64,000 bases of DNA from an uncultured archaeon (GCA_964632315.1 CAZWEM010000004.1:64001-128000); one strand, 5' to 3'; numbered from the stretch's first letter, positions 1-10,615 are shown. Numbers and translations: made by a program. The notes: generated from the letters alone by a model not told the origin.

Positions 1-240
1 TATTAACTGTAATTAAGCCTTAACTATATAATTTTAGGGCAGTTTTAACAATTATCGAAAAAAGTTATTCATAGAAATCTAAAGTTTTGGTTTGTAAGCA
101 TCAATTTTTTAATAGTTTTTTACCGTGAAATGTTTTTTAATCTCCAAACGTTATTTATATTAAACTTACTTCTATGGGTGTAGCTAATTCCACGACTAAA
201 ATTAACTAGTGTCAAACTCAAGGATTTTGCACCCATAATC

Positions 241-2457
241 TTGGTAATGCTTTTACTCTTTGTTAGTATCGCATGCGCAACTATGTTAATCCCCTCTTAT
301 TCTGCTGTTAAAGAGGAGTTTGAAGTACCAGAATCTTTACTTGCCATCCCTGATGCGCTTTTTGTATTAATTAGTGCTTTTTTTTCTTTAATATGGGGAT
401 ATTATACGGATCGAATAGATAGAACAAAAGTTATAATGGCTGGAGCCTTTTCCTGGACTTTTGGCATGCTATTGACTGCTTTTTCATTAAATTATCTCAT
501 GCTAATTAGTTCTCGAATGTTAAGTGGAGCGGGGCTTGGATGCGTTCTTCCAGTAGGGTATTCAATAATTGCAGATGCAATTCCTCCAGATGAAAGATCC
601 GGATGGTTTGGAATCTTAGCTATACTTAGCTCAATATCCAACGGAGTAGGTCAAGCACTTTCTTCCTTTATAGGTCCCATTCTTGGTTGGCGATTTCCCT
701 TTTTATTGCTCTCGGGAATAAGTATCTTTATAGTATTCTTCCTTTTTTTTATAAAAATCCCCAAACGAGGCGCAAGCGAGGACGAACTGTTAGATTTAAC
801 AGAATTAAATTTAGAGTATAGTTATAGAATTGCTAAAAAAGATCTCTCAAAAATAATTAAAAAAAGAACTAATCGGTATCTAATAGCACAGAATTTCTTT
901 TCGATTATTCCAGGGACTATAATTATATATTTTTTAACTTCAATGTTAAATTTACACTACTTAAATGAACTTCCTTCAGAAATTAGGCTTCAAACAGCAA
1001 CTATATTAGCAGGTATTTTAGGAATAGGCTATATTTTGGGAAATTTAATACTCTCTCGTTTAGGGGATATTCTCTATCGCAAAAACAAAAAAAATAGAAC
1101 TAGGTTAGCAACGATTTGTTTAATTTTATCAGTACCTTTCTTTATAGTTACTCTTTTAATGGTTAAACCTGTACATGTGAGCACATTAGATATCACTTAT
1201 CCTGATCCAATTGCAACATCGGAGATTACTAAATACATATTTACAACTATATTAGGTATTTTCTCTAAGTATCCGAATTTCATTTTTTATTTCATATTCG
1301 GTTTAGTGGGTACCATTTTAAGTGCGGGTCCAGTTTCAAATCGAAATGCAGTAATGATTGATATTAATTTACCCGAGCACCGAGGAACCTCGGTATCATT
1401 TCTTAATTTATCAGAACAGGTTGGAAAGGGTTTAACTTTACTTATTTCATATTTTTTAATCACATTATTGGGAAGTATATATAACATGATGATGTTTTCA
1501 GCATTTTTATGGATCCCCGCAATAGTTTTTTGGATCTTCGCCAATAAAACTGTTGGTAAGGATATATCATTGAAATCAATGTTACTTTCTGAAAGAATGC
1601 AGGTAGGATTGATTGATTATATATTCGAGTTAGAAATCCAGATGGATCGAGCAATACAAAAAATCCAAGATTCTAAGTATTACTTATACAGTAACCCAGC
1701 AAAATTTGATAAATTAGTTGGAGAAGCCATAAGGATATTCAGTAAAATAGAACGTGCGAGTGAATTCAGGAGTATTACCAACATTATTGAAAAAGCTAAA
1801 GAACTTAATGTTAAAGCTTCAGCTATTAAAAAAATGGCAAAACAAATTTTTAAAATTATAAAGGAAGAAAATGATATTTCAAATCAAGAAAGAGAGTTAC
1901 TTGAACAAGATTTAAAACAAATAGAGTTAATGATTAGTGAGGGTGAAAAAAGTACTTTTGGTCAATTACAAATATATTATGAAGATGCTTACTTAAAAAT
2001 CATAGAAGCACGCCTCCTTCGGAAGACAGATATCTCCCAAAGTTTTGGTAAGATATTAGAAGCAATTAAAATCTATGAGAGGGTCAAGAACCTTTTAAAT
2101 GAAAGAATTGATGAGACATTGGATGAGTCTAAATTTACAGAAGAAGACAAAAGGGTATTAGAAAAGGAAAAAGCTTTATATAATAAAAGCTCTAATGCCC
2201 TTCTGGCTACGGAGAAGCTAAAAAGTGAGTTTGAGGAAATAATGACTCAACTTAAAGAAAAAGGAATTCAGGAAGAGGATTTAATCAGAATAACTGAACT
2301 TACAAATGAATATAGTCTAGATTTCAATAAAATATTAATGGAAACATTTGGTGAAGAAGTCAAAATAAAAAAAGAGTTCATTAAAATTATAGATAAAATT
2401 GACAAGATTTTTGAGGAATATGATAAGTGGCAAGAAACCGATTTAACTGTTTTTTAA
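241..2457 (+). CDS. MFS transporter fused to a ~290-aa C-terminal helical/coiled-coil domain
   Basis: About 12 hydrophobic segments with MFS motif A (GYYTDRIDRT; RLGDILYRK), followed by a charged helical tail. The start is uncertain because the frame is open from 184. Confidence 0.8.
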   Translation: MVMLLLFVSIACATMLIPSYSAVKEEFEVPESLLAIPDALFVLISAFFSLIWGYYTDRIDRTKVIMAGAFSWTFGMLLTAFSLNYLMLISSRMLSGAGLGCVLPVGYSIIADAIPPDERSGWFGILAILSSISNGVGQALSSFIGPILGWRFPFLLLSGISIFIVFFLFFIKIPKRGASEDELLDLTELNLEYSYRIAKKDLSKIIKKRTNRYLIAQNFFSIIPGTIIIYFLTSMLNLHYLNELPSEIRLQTATILAGILGIGYILGNLILSRLGDILYRKNKKNRTRLATICLILSVPFFIVTLLMVKPVHVSTLDITYPDPIATSEITKYIFTTILGIFSKYPNFIFYFIFGLVGTILSAGPVSNRNAVMIDINLPEHRGTSVSFLNLSEQVGKGLTLLISYFLITLLGSIYNMMMFSAFLWIPAIVFWIFANKTVGKDISLKSMLLSERMQVGLIDYIFELEIQMDRAIQKIQDSKYYLYSNPAKFDKLVGEAIRIFSKIERASEFRSITNIIEKAKELNVKASAIKKMAKQIFKIIKEENDISNQERELLEQDLKQIELMISEGEKSTFGQLQIYYEDAYLKIIEARLLRKTDISQSFGKILEAIKIYERVKNLLNERIDETLDESKFTEEDKRVLEKEKALYNKSSNALLATEKLKSEFEEIMTQLKEKGIQEEDLIRITELTNEYSLDFNKILMETFGEEVKIKKEFIKIIDKIDKIFEEYDKWQETDLTVF

Positions 2458-2476
2458 ATTTAAACTAAAGTATTAT

Positions 2477-2782
2477 TTAATTATTTCCGAACTCACCAAG
2501 CAATATTTCTTTAAAATGGACTTTTTCCTCAATTGGGAGATTCTGAGCGTTTTTTCCTCGACTGCAATAATTATCTGGCCCTGGAACATTAGAAAAAAGG
2601 TTTACAAGGATTAACAAGCAATTTCTTAATTCAGATGAATTAATTCGCTCTTCTGAGAAACAACTCATAACTCGTATTAATAACTTACTTAGATACAGGC
2701 TTTTCTTGTCTCTATCCTCAATTTCTTTAGTACAGACTTTGCTATTATAGAATTCTAAAACTTGACTCACGCAATCCATCAA
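2477..2782 (-). CDS. Hypothetical protein
   Basis: 101-aa ORF filling intergenic space; no recognised motif. Confidence 0.55.
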   Translation of the reverse strand: MMDCVSQVLEFYNSKVCTKEIEDRDKKSLYLSKLLIRVMSCFSEERINSSELRNCLLILVNLFSNVPGPDNYCSRGKNAQNLPIEEKVHFKEILLGEFGNN

Positions 2783-2997
2783 TAGAGACCTCGATTCGGT
2801 TATTAACCTGATAACCCTAAAAATTTATATTTCCTAAAAGTAACCTTCTTTCTAACTATACATGATATTTCAAATATAAAAATATATTTGAGGAGAACCC
2901 AAAAGACTAGTCTAAAATCTTAATACTAAATTTTCTATTTAATAAAAGACATATTTAGATTATAAAATAAAATTTAGAATAATCCAATAAAAAAATC

Positions 2998-3552
2998 TTA
3001 AAGTTCTACTTCAATACTTTGGACAAAGCTATCAATAGTTTGCTCAAGATCAACAAGATCTTCTACTTCTTTAATATCTGAACTTGCGAGCTTACCAAGA
3101 AACTCTTTGAGTAATTTTTCTTTGTGTTTATCATGAGGAAATATCAAACTACTTCTATAATGCTCATAATCAAGTATATTAGTAAAAATTAGGAATAATA
3201 TCTCAATATGACTATATTCAATTAATCCACGTAGCTTTTCTTTAGAGATAAGCGTTTTTGTATGGTCCTTATAAAAACCAGAAAGATCATTGTAGTAATT
3301 TGTTATACGAGCAACATTATCTAACTGTATTGCTAAAGCAGATTGGTTAATTGGGCTTCCTTCATCCTTGTACATTATATCAAAATAACTATTGATAAAA
3401 TCTTTTAACTTTTGGAGCTTTTGCTGAAACACGCGGGTTTTAACAATTCGCTCGAACATGGGACTCTCTTTATGCGTGTAGAACTTTAATTCGAATTTTA
3501 AGATCGCCAAAATATCCAAAAAAAGCTCACGAATATCTATTTCTTCCTCCAT
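2998..3552 (-). CDS. Hypothetical helical protein
   Basis: 184-aa ORF with ATG start, co-oriented with neighbours. Confidence 0.7.
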   Translation of the reverse strand: MEEEIDIRELFLDILAILKFELKFYTHKESPMFERIVKTRVFQQKLQKLKDFINSYFDIMYKDEGSPINQSALAIQLDNVARITNYYNDLSGFYKDHTKTLISKEKLRGLIEYSHIEILFLIFTNILDYEHYRSSLIFPHDKHKEKLLKEFLGKLASSDIKEVEDLVDLEQTIDSFVQSIEVEL

Positions 3553-3602
3553 AGCAATTAAAAATAAATCATTAAGATTTTAAAAATTTTTTATTTTCCT
3601 AA

Positions 3603-4613
3603 TTAAAATTGTAATGGAAATCTATTACCAACATTTAAAGTATCTGGAGGCTCGTTGGGAATCTGAAGTTCCTTTCTTTTAATCATTCTTCTGTAAAGAA
3701 TGGCTTTTATGTGTATTTTCAATATTCTTACTGGACTACGTAATAAAAAATCTAAGTCTATTTGGGAAGATTTCCTGAATTTCATGAATTTAGACAAAAA
3801 TTTTTGAGCTTTTTCGATTTTATGCGGTTTTTCAAAGGCGATAAATCTATCAATGACTTTGATAAGAGGAGCTGTGTCTCCAAAGCAATAAAAATTTGAA
3901 GCTCTTAAAGACCATTTAATTGCCTCTAGTTGATACTTCATTGGATTTAATTTCTCTATTGGTCCAATTATAATTGAAAAAAAGGAGATCACAAGATTCA
4001 TTACCATACTACGAAAGATTTCCTTTATTGAAACCTTTATTTTAGGTTTGATATCTCCTCTGAGATCTTTACCATAGAGGATGGTACTATTTTGAATAAC
4101 ATTTCCTAACACTATGTTCCTAGGAGCAAATATCGCGGAAAATAATCTATTTACTCGAAAGATTTTATAAAATGTTGCCTGTTCCCAAAATTTTTGTTTA
4201 GTTAGAAAATGGCTTACAAACATTCCGGTTGTTTGTTGCAATACTAACATTATAGAATGAAATAAGTTAGACCGTAATTCTCTAAAATTATGTTTAATCT
4301 CTAGTGCGATAAAATATTTCTCGATTTCTCGAATATGTGAATTTGTAACTCGATCTTTAAAGATAAATAATAGATCACAATCAGATACCGGTGCATTTTC
4401 CTCACCCCTTCTCTGACTTCCAAAAATAATTAATGATATAATTTTGTTAATACCGATTTCCTTATTTATTAAATTTACGATATCTTTAATGTAATTTCTA
4501 GATTTCTCATTAATACCTTCTAAATTTGACGAAATCGTTTTTTTAATATATTCATTTTCTTGGTTGGTATCTGATTCAATCATTCTATTTTTCAAAATTT
4601 TAATTTTAAGCAT
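3603..4613 (-). CDS. Pol-beta-superfamily nucleotidyltransferase domain protein
   Basis: hG[S]x9-13DxD motif: IIFGSQRRGEENAPVSDCDLLFIF; helical C-terminal half. Confidence 0.75.
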   Translation of the reverse strand: MLKIKILKNRMIESDTNQENEYIKKTISSNLEGINEKSRNYIKDIVNLINKEIGINKIISLIIFGSQRRGEENAPVSDCDLLFIFKDRVTNSHIREIEKYFIALEIKHNFRELRSNLFHSIMLVLQQTTGMFVSHFLTKQKFWEQATFYKIFRVNRLFSAIFAPRNIVLGNVIQNSTILYGKDLRGDIKPKIKVSIKEIFRSMVMNLVISFFSIIIGPIEKLNPMKYQLEAIKWSLRASNFYCFGDTAPLIKVIDRFIAFEKPHKIEKAQKFLSKFMKFRKSSQIDLDFLLRSPVRILKIHIKAILYRRMIKRKELQIPNEPPDTLNVGNRFPLQF

Positions 4614-4695
4614 TCCAAGTTAACTTATAATTCATATTAATTAATTGATATTTAATTACTTAGAAGATAAGTGTTTATCTTTGGATTTGTATTTT

Positions 4696-5487
4696 TTATC
4701 TAAAATATGAATCTGGACCTTTATCGTTATCAATTCCCCTCATCAAATGCTCGGCTTGTTGTTTATATTTTTCGACAACTTCTTCCATTTCCTCAATTTT
4801 CTTGTCGAGTTCTTTAAAATTCATGTTAATGCTAAAATACTCTTTTATTAAACTTACTAATGCCTTGGAGGAACGCGGATCTAAACTCATCATTGGTAAG
4901 GGGAGCGTTTCTGCTAATAAACACACTCCGGGAGCAAATCCTTTAGCACCTGCCCACGCAGGTAGAATTCCATTAGCACCTGCTATCACTCCTGTTTCCA
5001 TTAATTTTGTGTTCTTTATTTTTAAAAAGGTTTTAACTAAATTTTCATCAGTCCCACATATGTGCACATTTGGGGGATCGCGAATTCTTTCTGTCACTAA
5101 CGCACCAGTGCTTACATACATTTTTACTTTATCATGAGTGATTTTCTGCATTTCCTCACAAAAAAGTTGAGAAAATTCAAAAACCCCTGTTGATGTCTGA
5201 GGTTGATAATTTGCAGTTAAAAAGAAAAAATCATAATCATCTTTTTGATCATTAGATTTATAATACACTTTCGCCATCGGAATTTCTAAATCCCCCTTCT
5301 CAACATTCGATTTGGGGGGGAAATCATAGGATATAATATTTAGAAACTCTTCTGCTTTTACTGAATCTTTAATAGAACTAACAGCTAATTTGGCTACTAG
5401 AGCTATTCCTGGCCATCCAATCAGCACGATAGAATGTTTAATCTCGTCGGGATTTAATTCAAATTTTTTAATAAATTCTATTTTCAT
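4696..5487 (-). CDS. PAC2-family proteasome assembly chaperone
   Basis: GWPGIALVAKLA, GVIAGANGIL, CLLAET, DPRSSK motifs; aromatic C-terminus (SYFR). Confidence 0.85.
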   Translation of the reverse strand: MKIEFIKKFELNPDEIKHSIVLIGWPGIALVAKLAVSSIKDSVKAEEFLNIISYDFPPKSNVEKGDLEIPMAKVYYKSNDQKDDYDFFFLTANYQPQTSTGVFEFSQLFCEEMQKITHDKVKMYVSTGALVTERIRDPPNVHICGTDENLVKTFLKIKNTKLMETGVIAGANGILPAWAGAKGFAPGVCLLAETLPLPMMSLDPRSSKALVSLIKEYFSINMNFKELDKKIEEMEEVVEKYKQQAEHLMRGIDNDKGPDSYFR

Positions 5488-5501
5488 TTAACTTCACCTA
5501 T

Positions 5502-6521
5502 TTACACTTCAAAGTTCAATTTTTCACCGCAATTAGGACAAAAGTTTAGCTTAAATTCCATATAATTTCCACAAAATGGACAATAGATTCCTTTATCGCT
5601 AATTTGAGGTTCTTTTAAAGATCTATTCATCGGAGAGTATCTTATATGAGGTTCTGCAGTTATTCCATAACTTAATTGATTTTTAACATACGCTGAAGTA
5701 AAAACCGGAGTAAGCAAGCATATAAAAAGGGGTTCTAGTAAGAGAGGGATTAAATTTTGAGCTATTCCATACAAGATAAGAAGATCGAGTCTTCTTGATG
5801 AAGGATTGTACCAACTCGTTAGTGTCAATGAATTTACGGGCCAAGCAAAACTAAAAATAAACTGATATATGAAATTGATTATATATGTGATTAGAGAACT
5901 TATTACTAAAACTCCTATTATCCTCCAAAATGCTCCTTTAGAATATGCACGAGCACTTTTTAATGGATTTTCGTTATCTTTTAACTGATAAGTATATATT
6001 GAGAAAATAAAAAATCCGAAAATGATTATTGATACTATAAAAAGGGTGAATATTCCAAGGGGAATTCCTAAACCAAGTAAAAGCAAGATTGGAATCATTT
6101 TTTTATTAAACGCCCCTTTAATTTCTTCTCGGAGTGAAGTATCTTGATAATTGTAATACTTAAACAAGAAAGCAGCCACAGCACATAATCCTAATACTGT
6201 AAAAATGTTAGAGATTAATAACTCCAAAACAATTAATCCTAATGAAGACATTAAATAATTCATCATTAATTGTAGGGCTTCAGGAGTTATTGATGAGGGA
6301 TCGGAATTTAAAATCGGCGCAATGCGAACCTCTAATACGCTTAAATCCCATCGTAGGTCAACTAGTAAGATCTCCCTTAAAATGATGGAGATTATAAAAA
6401 ATAAACCAATTGGTATGATAATCGATTTGTAGGTCTTCATAAATAACGAAAAACCATCTGATATTAAATTACCATAACTTTTATGTGCAATTCTGTGCAA
6501 TTCTACTGGATCTTTTGACAT
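5502..6521 (-). CDS. Multi-pass membrane protein with C-terminal zinc ribbon
   Basis: Several TM segments; CPFCG-x8-FCPNCG at the C-terminus. Confidence 0.75.
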   Translation of the reverse strand: MSKDPVELHRIAHKSYGNLISDGFSLFMKTYKSIIIPIGLFFIISIILREILLVDLRWDLSVLEVRIAPILNSDPSSITPEALQLMMNYLMSSLGLIVLELLISNIFTVLGLCAVAAFLFKYYNYQDTSLREEIKGAFNKKMIPILLLLGLGIPLGIFTLFIVSIIIFGFFIFSIYTYQLKDNENPLKSARAYSKGAFWRIIGVLVISSLITYIINFIYQFIFSFAWPVNSLTLTSWYNPSSRRLDLLILYGIAQNLIPLLLEPLFICLLTPVFTSAYVKNQLSYGITAEPHIRYSPMNRSLKEPQISDKGIYCPFCGNYMEFKLNFCPNCGEKLNFEV

Positions 6522-6660
6522 AAATCTTAATATTTTTTAAATTATTTAAATCTAATAAAATATAATAAAAAATATAATTATAATCTTTCTTTCATTAGCT
6601 GTAGATGAGAATTTTATCCATAAAAAAGTAAATTCTCCGTAAAATTTAGCGATCTCACTC

Positions 6661-8577
6661 ATGTATTCCCAAAAACCTTCAAGTAGGCAAATTCCCGGAA
6701 TAATCTCTTACATGGATTTATTTTCAACCCAAAAATTGGCTTATTCTATCTTCTTTACTACTCCGGGATTAATTGCTTTACTATCAATGATGCTAAATGC
6801 AATCTTTACTGGGATATGGAATTTTATTTACCTTTTTGTAACATTTTCTTCATTTTTAACCATAACTGGATTGGGAGCAATATTAGCTATTTATTATTAC
6901 TCAAAAAAGGCTCCTATTTTAGGTAGACCTCCAAAAGGTTGGGCTTTACAGATGAATGCATTTATCACGGGAATAATGGGGATATCGCTCTTAATTGGAC
7001 AAATTTTAACTATAGTTCTTCGATTAACCACGTTCCAGGATGCCTTGTTCATGTTAGGGACTGTAATTGCCTATATTATAGCATACGTAATATATTTTTC
7101 TTTTACTACCGTTGGTACTTACGGGACATTGATACTTTCACTAATCCAACCAATCACAGGAATCTTTCTCTATGGCTTTCTTACAGCTCAAATTTCAATC
7201 TTATTCTTTATAAGAGCTGTCATTTTTTTCTGCTCATGCGCGTTTATATTCGCAATACCCTATGCTCGGAGTATGGCAAGAGTAAGTAATATCTACCGAG
7301 AACTCACAGGTATCGGAGGATACCCATTTATAAGAGCTTTTGTCCTTTCAATGATGACCGATGGTAATGATGATCTTGTTGAGGAATTTTTTGATAAAAT
7401 AGGAATTGAGTCTGAAGTAAAAATCCAATATATTTTTATTAGATCTAAAAAGAATAATAAACTAAAAAGCATGTTTATTGTCCCAAATGTTCATTTTGGA
7501 CCGTTTAAGACATGTGGATCATCAGATCTACCAGCTCACATCTATCATAATTTTTTAGATATACCTGGAACAACAGTTTATCACACTACAAATGATCACT
7601 CCCAAAATCTAACCACTCAACGAGAGGTAAATAAAATTATTACTCAAATACAAGAGGATGTTAAAGATATAGAAAACAATCCTAATGTTATTTGGATAGC
7701 AGAAATTAACACTTTGATTCGTAAAATGTCAAATTCAGCTAAAGTAATTGGTACTAAAATAGGGGATATACCAATAATCTATTTAACACGACATCCCCTT
7801 CCATCAGATGATATACAATATGAGATTGGAGAGACAATAAGACAAGATGCCAAATCAAAGGGCTTTAGTGATGTGATTATAATAGATTCTCATAATTCGA
7901 TAATAGATGACGAGCACTTAATCAGAATGGGATCATTGGAGTCGAAGGATCTAATCAAAGTAGCAAGTAACTTTTTTAAAGCATTAAATAACGAAGAAGA
8001 AGTCAGCCAAAATCCAGTTCTATATGGTGTAGCAAAAGATCCTTTGGTGGAATTTTCAGAAAAGGATGGAATTGGCCCAGGAGGCTTGGTTGTTCATCTT
8101 TTTAAAAATGCTATCACTGGTCAGAAGACAGCAATGATTCATTTTGATGCAAATAATGCTTTTGTCGATATCAGATCTTATATCTTAAATACTCTGCAAA
8201 ATAGGGGAATTGAAAGGGGGGAAATAACCACTAGTGATGCTCATATAGTTGCCAGAAAATTTACTAAGCGAGGTTATTCTCCGATTGGAGAGAAAATAAA
8301 ATTAGACTACATTTTGAATAAACTTGATATATTATTAGCCGAAGCTGAAAGAAACTTAGAACCCGTAGATTTCACATATCGTGATTCGATAGTCAAAAAT
8401 GTTAGGATTTGGGGAGATCCTAAATATTTTGATGTTATAATGCGAACTTTGCAGGAATGCATTCGAATATCTCAACGTTTGCTGACGTTTGGTTTAATCG
8501 CACCAACTTTGATATCCTTAATTATTTTGATTTTCTTTTATAATGTTGAACTCCCGGATATTTTCAACCTCTTTTAA
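6661..8577 (+). CDS. DUF2070-family archaeal membrane protein
   Basis: N-terminal TM bundle, then VPNVHFGPF, GSSDLP, IDSHNS, DANN and TSDAH motifs. Confidence 0.8.
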   Translation: MYSQKPSSRQIPGIISYMDLFSTQKLAYSIFFTTPGLIALLSMMLNAIFTGIWNFIYLFVTFSSFLTITGLGAILAIYYYSKKAPILGRPPKGWALQMNAFITGIMGISLLIGQILTIVLRLTTFQDALFMLGTVIAYIIAYVIYFSFTTVGTYGTLILSLIQPITGIFLYGFLTAQISILFFIRAVIFFCSCAFIFAIPYARSMARVSNIYRELTGIGGYPFIRAFVLSMMTDGNDDLVEEFFDKIGIESEVKIQYIFIRSKKNNKLKSMFIVPNVHFGPFKTCGSSDLPAHIYHNFLDIPGTTVYHTTNDHSQNLTTQREVNKIITQIQEDVKDIENNPNVIWIAEINTLIRKMSNSAKVIGTKIGDIPIIYLTRHPLPSDDIQYEIGETIRQDAKSKGFSDVIIIDSHNSIIDDEHLIRMGSLESKDLIKVASNFFKALNNEEEVSQNPVLYGVAKDPLVEFSEKDGIGPGGLVVHLFKNAITGQKTAMIHFDANNAFVDIRSYILNTLQNRGIERGEITTSDAHIVARKFTKRGYSPIGEKIKLDYILNKLDILLAEAERNLEPVDFTYRDSIVKNVRIWGDPKYFDVIMRTLQECIRISQRLLTFGLIAPTLISLIILIFFYNVELPDIFNLF

Positions 8578-8678
8578 TCTCAATAAATATGATCTACATA
8601 ATACGACGATATTATGGAGATTCATATAATAATCTGAACCTATTTTTTATATAAATTCTTTTCAAAACGGTCAAATAC

Positions 8679-9212
8679 ATGCTTAGATCGGAATTAGACA
8701 GACTCTGTAAAGTTAGCTTGATCGGCCAACCTGCCGTAGGAAAAACAACCATGTTGAAACTTCTTTCACAAAATGTAATTGATCGAATTTACCTTCCAAC
8801 ACATGGTTTGGATTTAAAAACTGTTAAGTTTGACAAATACATACTGAAGATATGGGACTTTGGTGGTCAAGGGGCATATTTCAAGTGTTCTCGTGATCAT
8901 CTATTGGGTTCTGACTTGCTTTTTGTAGTAACTGATTCATCACCCAGAAATGTATTAAATTCGAGGGAATTGATTAATTACGCAACACATTTCATAGGTA
9001 AAGATTGCCCCATAGTTGCAATTGCTAATAAGCAAGATTTGGTTAAGAAAGATGGGCGGATGACTCCTGATAGGGTTGAAGATTTATTACAAGTCAAAAC
9101 TATTGGACTTACTGCTATTGATCCAGAAGAGAGAATGAGGTTAGTCGAGATAATTAGAAAAGAATTGAACCATATAGCAATTAGGAGGAGACTTAAAGAA
9201 GTTGAACTTTAA
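8679..9212 (+). CDS. Small Ras-superfamily (Arf/Rab/Roc-like) GTPase
   Basis: G1 GQPAVGKT, G2 PTHG, G3 WDFGGQ, G4 NKQD, G5-like TAI. Confidence 0.92.
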   Translation: MLRSELDRLCKVSLIGQPAVGKTTMLKLLSQNVIDRIYLPTHGLDLKTVKFDKYILKIWDFGGQGAYFKCSRDHLLGSDLLFVVTDSSPRNVLNSRELINYATHFIGKDCPIVAIANKQDLVKKDGRMTPDRVEDLLQVKTIGLTAIDPEERMRLVEIIRKELNHIAIRRRLKEVEL

Positions 9213-9756
9213 TGAAAATGAAATCTTGAGTGCTGCACTCATAGGCTTCGATATGATAGATGGCCCATTCTTAAAATGGAAAAAACCTTTTACTCAAGCT
9301 CAAGATATAATTGATTTAAATGACTTTGCAATGAATTTTTATTTAGCATTTAGAGGAGGAAATGCTGGTAAAAAGCCACGTGCGATTCTATATGACGATT
9401 TCTATATTGTTGCATTTCCTAAGGATTTAGAGTTATGTTGCTTGTTCATGAAACCACAGGGGATAGAAAACAATATCAAGCAATTAAATAAAATAGCATA
9501 TCGTATTATTGATGAAATGGAAGTGGATGATGCTAAAGAAATTGATGATAGTAATTCTTCAGATGAGGAATTTGAAGAAATAGAACGTTTGATTTTAAAT
9601 TTACTTAATGAAACTGAAATGTCCACCCCAGAATTAAGAAGATATTTCAAATTGAGCAATGCTGAAATTTGGAAGTTAATGTCTAATCTCGAAAATAATG
9701 AAAAAGTCAAAAGAACCGATAAGAAAGGACGAGCAGTTTATTGGACTGCAAATTAA
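9202..9756 (+). CDS. uDENN/longin-like domain fused to C-terminal winged-helix HTH
   Basis: LIGFDMIDGP (FDxxxGP uDENN-like start), acidic linker, then MSTPELRRYFKLSNAEIWKLMSNLE...VYW wHTH. Confidence 0.6.
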   Translation: MNFNENEILSAALIGFDMIDGPFLKWKKPFTQAQDIIDLNDFAMNFYLAFRGGNAGKKPRAILYDDFYIVAFPKDLELCCLFMKPQGIENNIKQLNKIAYRIIDEMEVDDAKEIDDSNSSDEEFEEIERLILNLLNETEMSTPELRRYFKLSNAEIWKLMSNLENNEKVKRTDKKGRAVYWTAN

Positions 9757-9774
9757 ATAATTTAATCCTATTTT

Positions 9775-10584
9775 TTAACGTCTTCTATGGTCCCAATCCT
9801 TTTCTTTTGTGAACAATCTTGAAAACATGATATAACAAATATCTGGAAGGCTTTTATCTTCATTATGAATCGTGATAAACCTTAGAACGTGATTTATCAA
9901 GAAAATGGCTATAAATTCGGCGTGATAGCTGCTCATTTTATTTAAATTCTTTCCTGAAAAATCAATATCGAGCCCACTTTCTTTATTCCATATAATTTCA
10001 ACAAAGAATTCGGGGAAGAATTCTCTTTTAATCCTCCACCCTTCAGTAGTGATCCAAACTTTACCTCCGATAAAATTCGATAATTCATCTTTATCATCTT
10101 CCTTGAGAAATTTAAAAGGTTCATCCCTTTGTACTAAGACTTTTTCCATTAATTCTGTTTTTTTGTTATACTCTTTCTCAAAAGGTTCTTCTCCTTTAAT
10201 CAACCTTTCGATAAGATCAAAGATAATTCCAATAAATGTAGCGCTGTCTTCTCCCGGAACCCAAGTAGCATGTTTACCTGAAAAGTAAAATTTAAATTCC
10301 GCTTCCACCCCATCGCCAAATTCATCTCCAAAGTAAGAATATGCCATATGTATGTTGACATCAGGAAACATTTCGATAGTGATCGTCCAATCTTCATTAA
10401 ATCCAATAGTTCCTAACTTGCCTCCTAAATATGACTTCACTAACTGCTTCAATTCTCCCATATCTATCTTAGTAAATAGTGAAAATTTCGCATTACTGGT
10501 ATCCTCAAGCTCTTTTTCATGAGGTCCTCTCACGCCAGTAGCATCAATTTGGCCAATAGTCCAATAATTTATTCCTTCTTTCAT
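9775..10584 (-). CDS. Protein with an internally duplicated DUF3786-like domain
   Basis: Two similar halves: WTITIEMFPDVNIH...FYFSG and WRIKREFFPEFFVE...IDFSG; GDEF motif. Confidence 0.55.
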   Translation of the reverse strand: MKEGINYWTIGQIDATGVRGPHEKELEDTSNAKFSLFTKIDMGELKQLVKSYLGGKLGTIGFNEDWTITIEMFPDVNIHMAYSYFGDEFGDGVEAEFKFYFSGKHATWVPGEDSATFIGIIFDLIERLIKGEEPFEKEYNKKTELMEKVLVQRDEPFKFLKEDDKDELSNFIGGKVWITTEGWRIKREFFPEFFVEIIWNKESGLDIDFSGKNLNKMSSYHAEFIAIFLINHVLRFITIHNEDKSLPDICYIMFSRLFTKEKDWDHRRR

Positions 10585-10615
10585 TTATAATCATCTAGAT
10601 AGTCAAGATTTAATT

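Noticed and set aside
174-240. Short ORF MGVANSTTKIN* that could join the MFS frame by a +1 shift
   Set aside because: There is no recognisable recoding signal; an alternative start codon or a sequencing indel explains it equally well.
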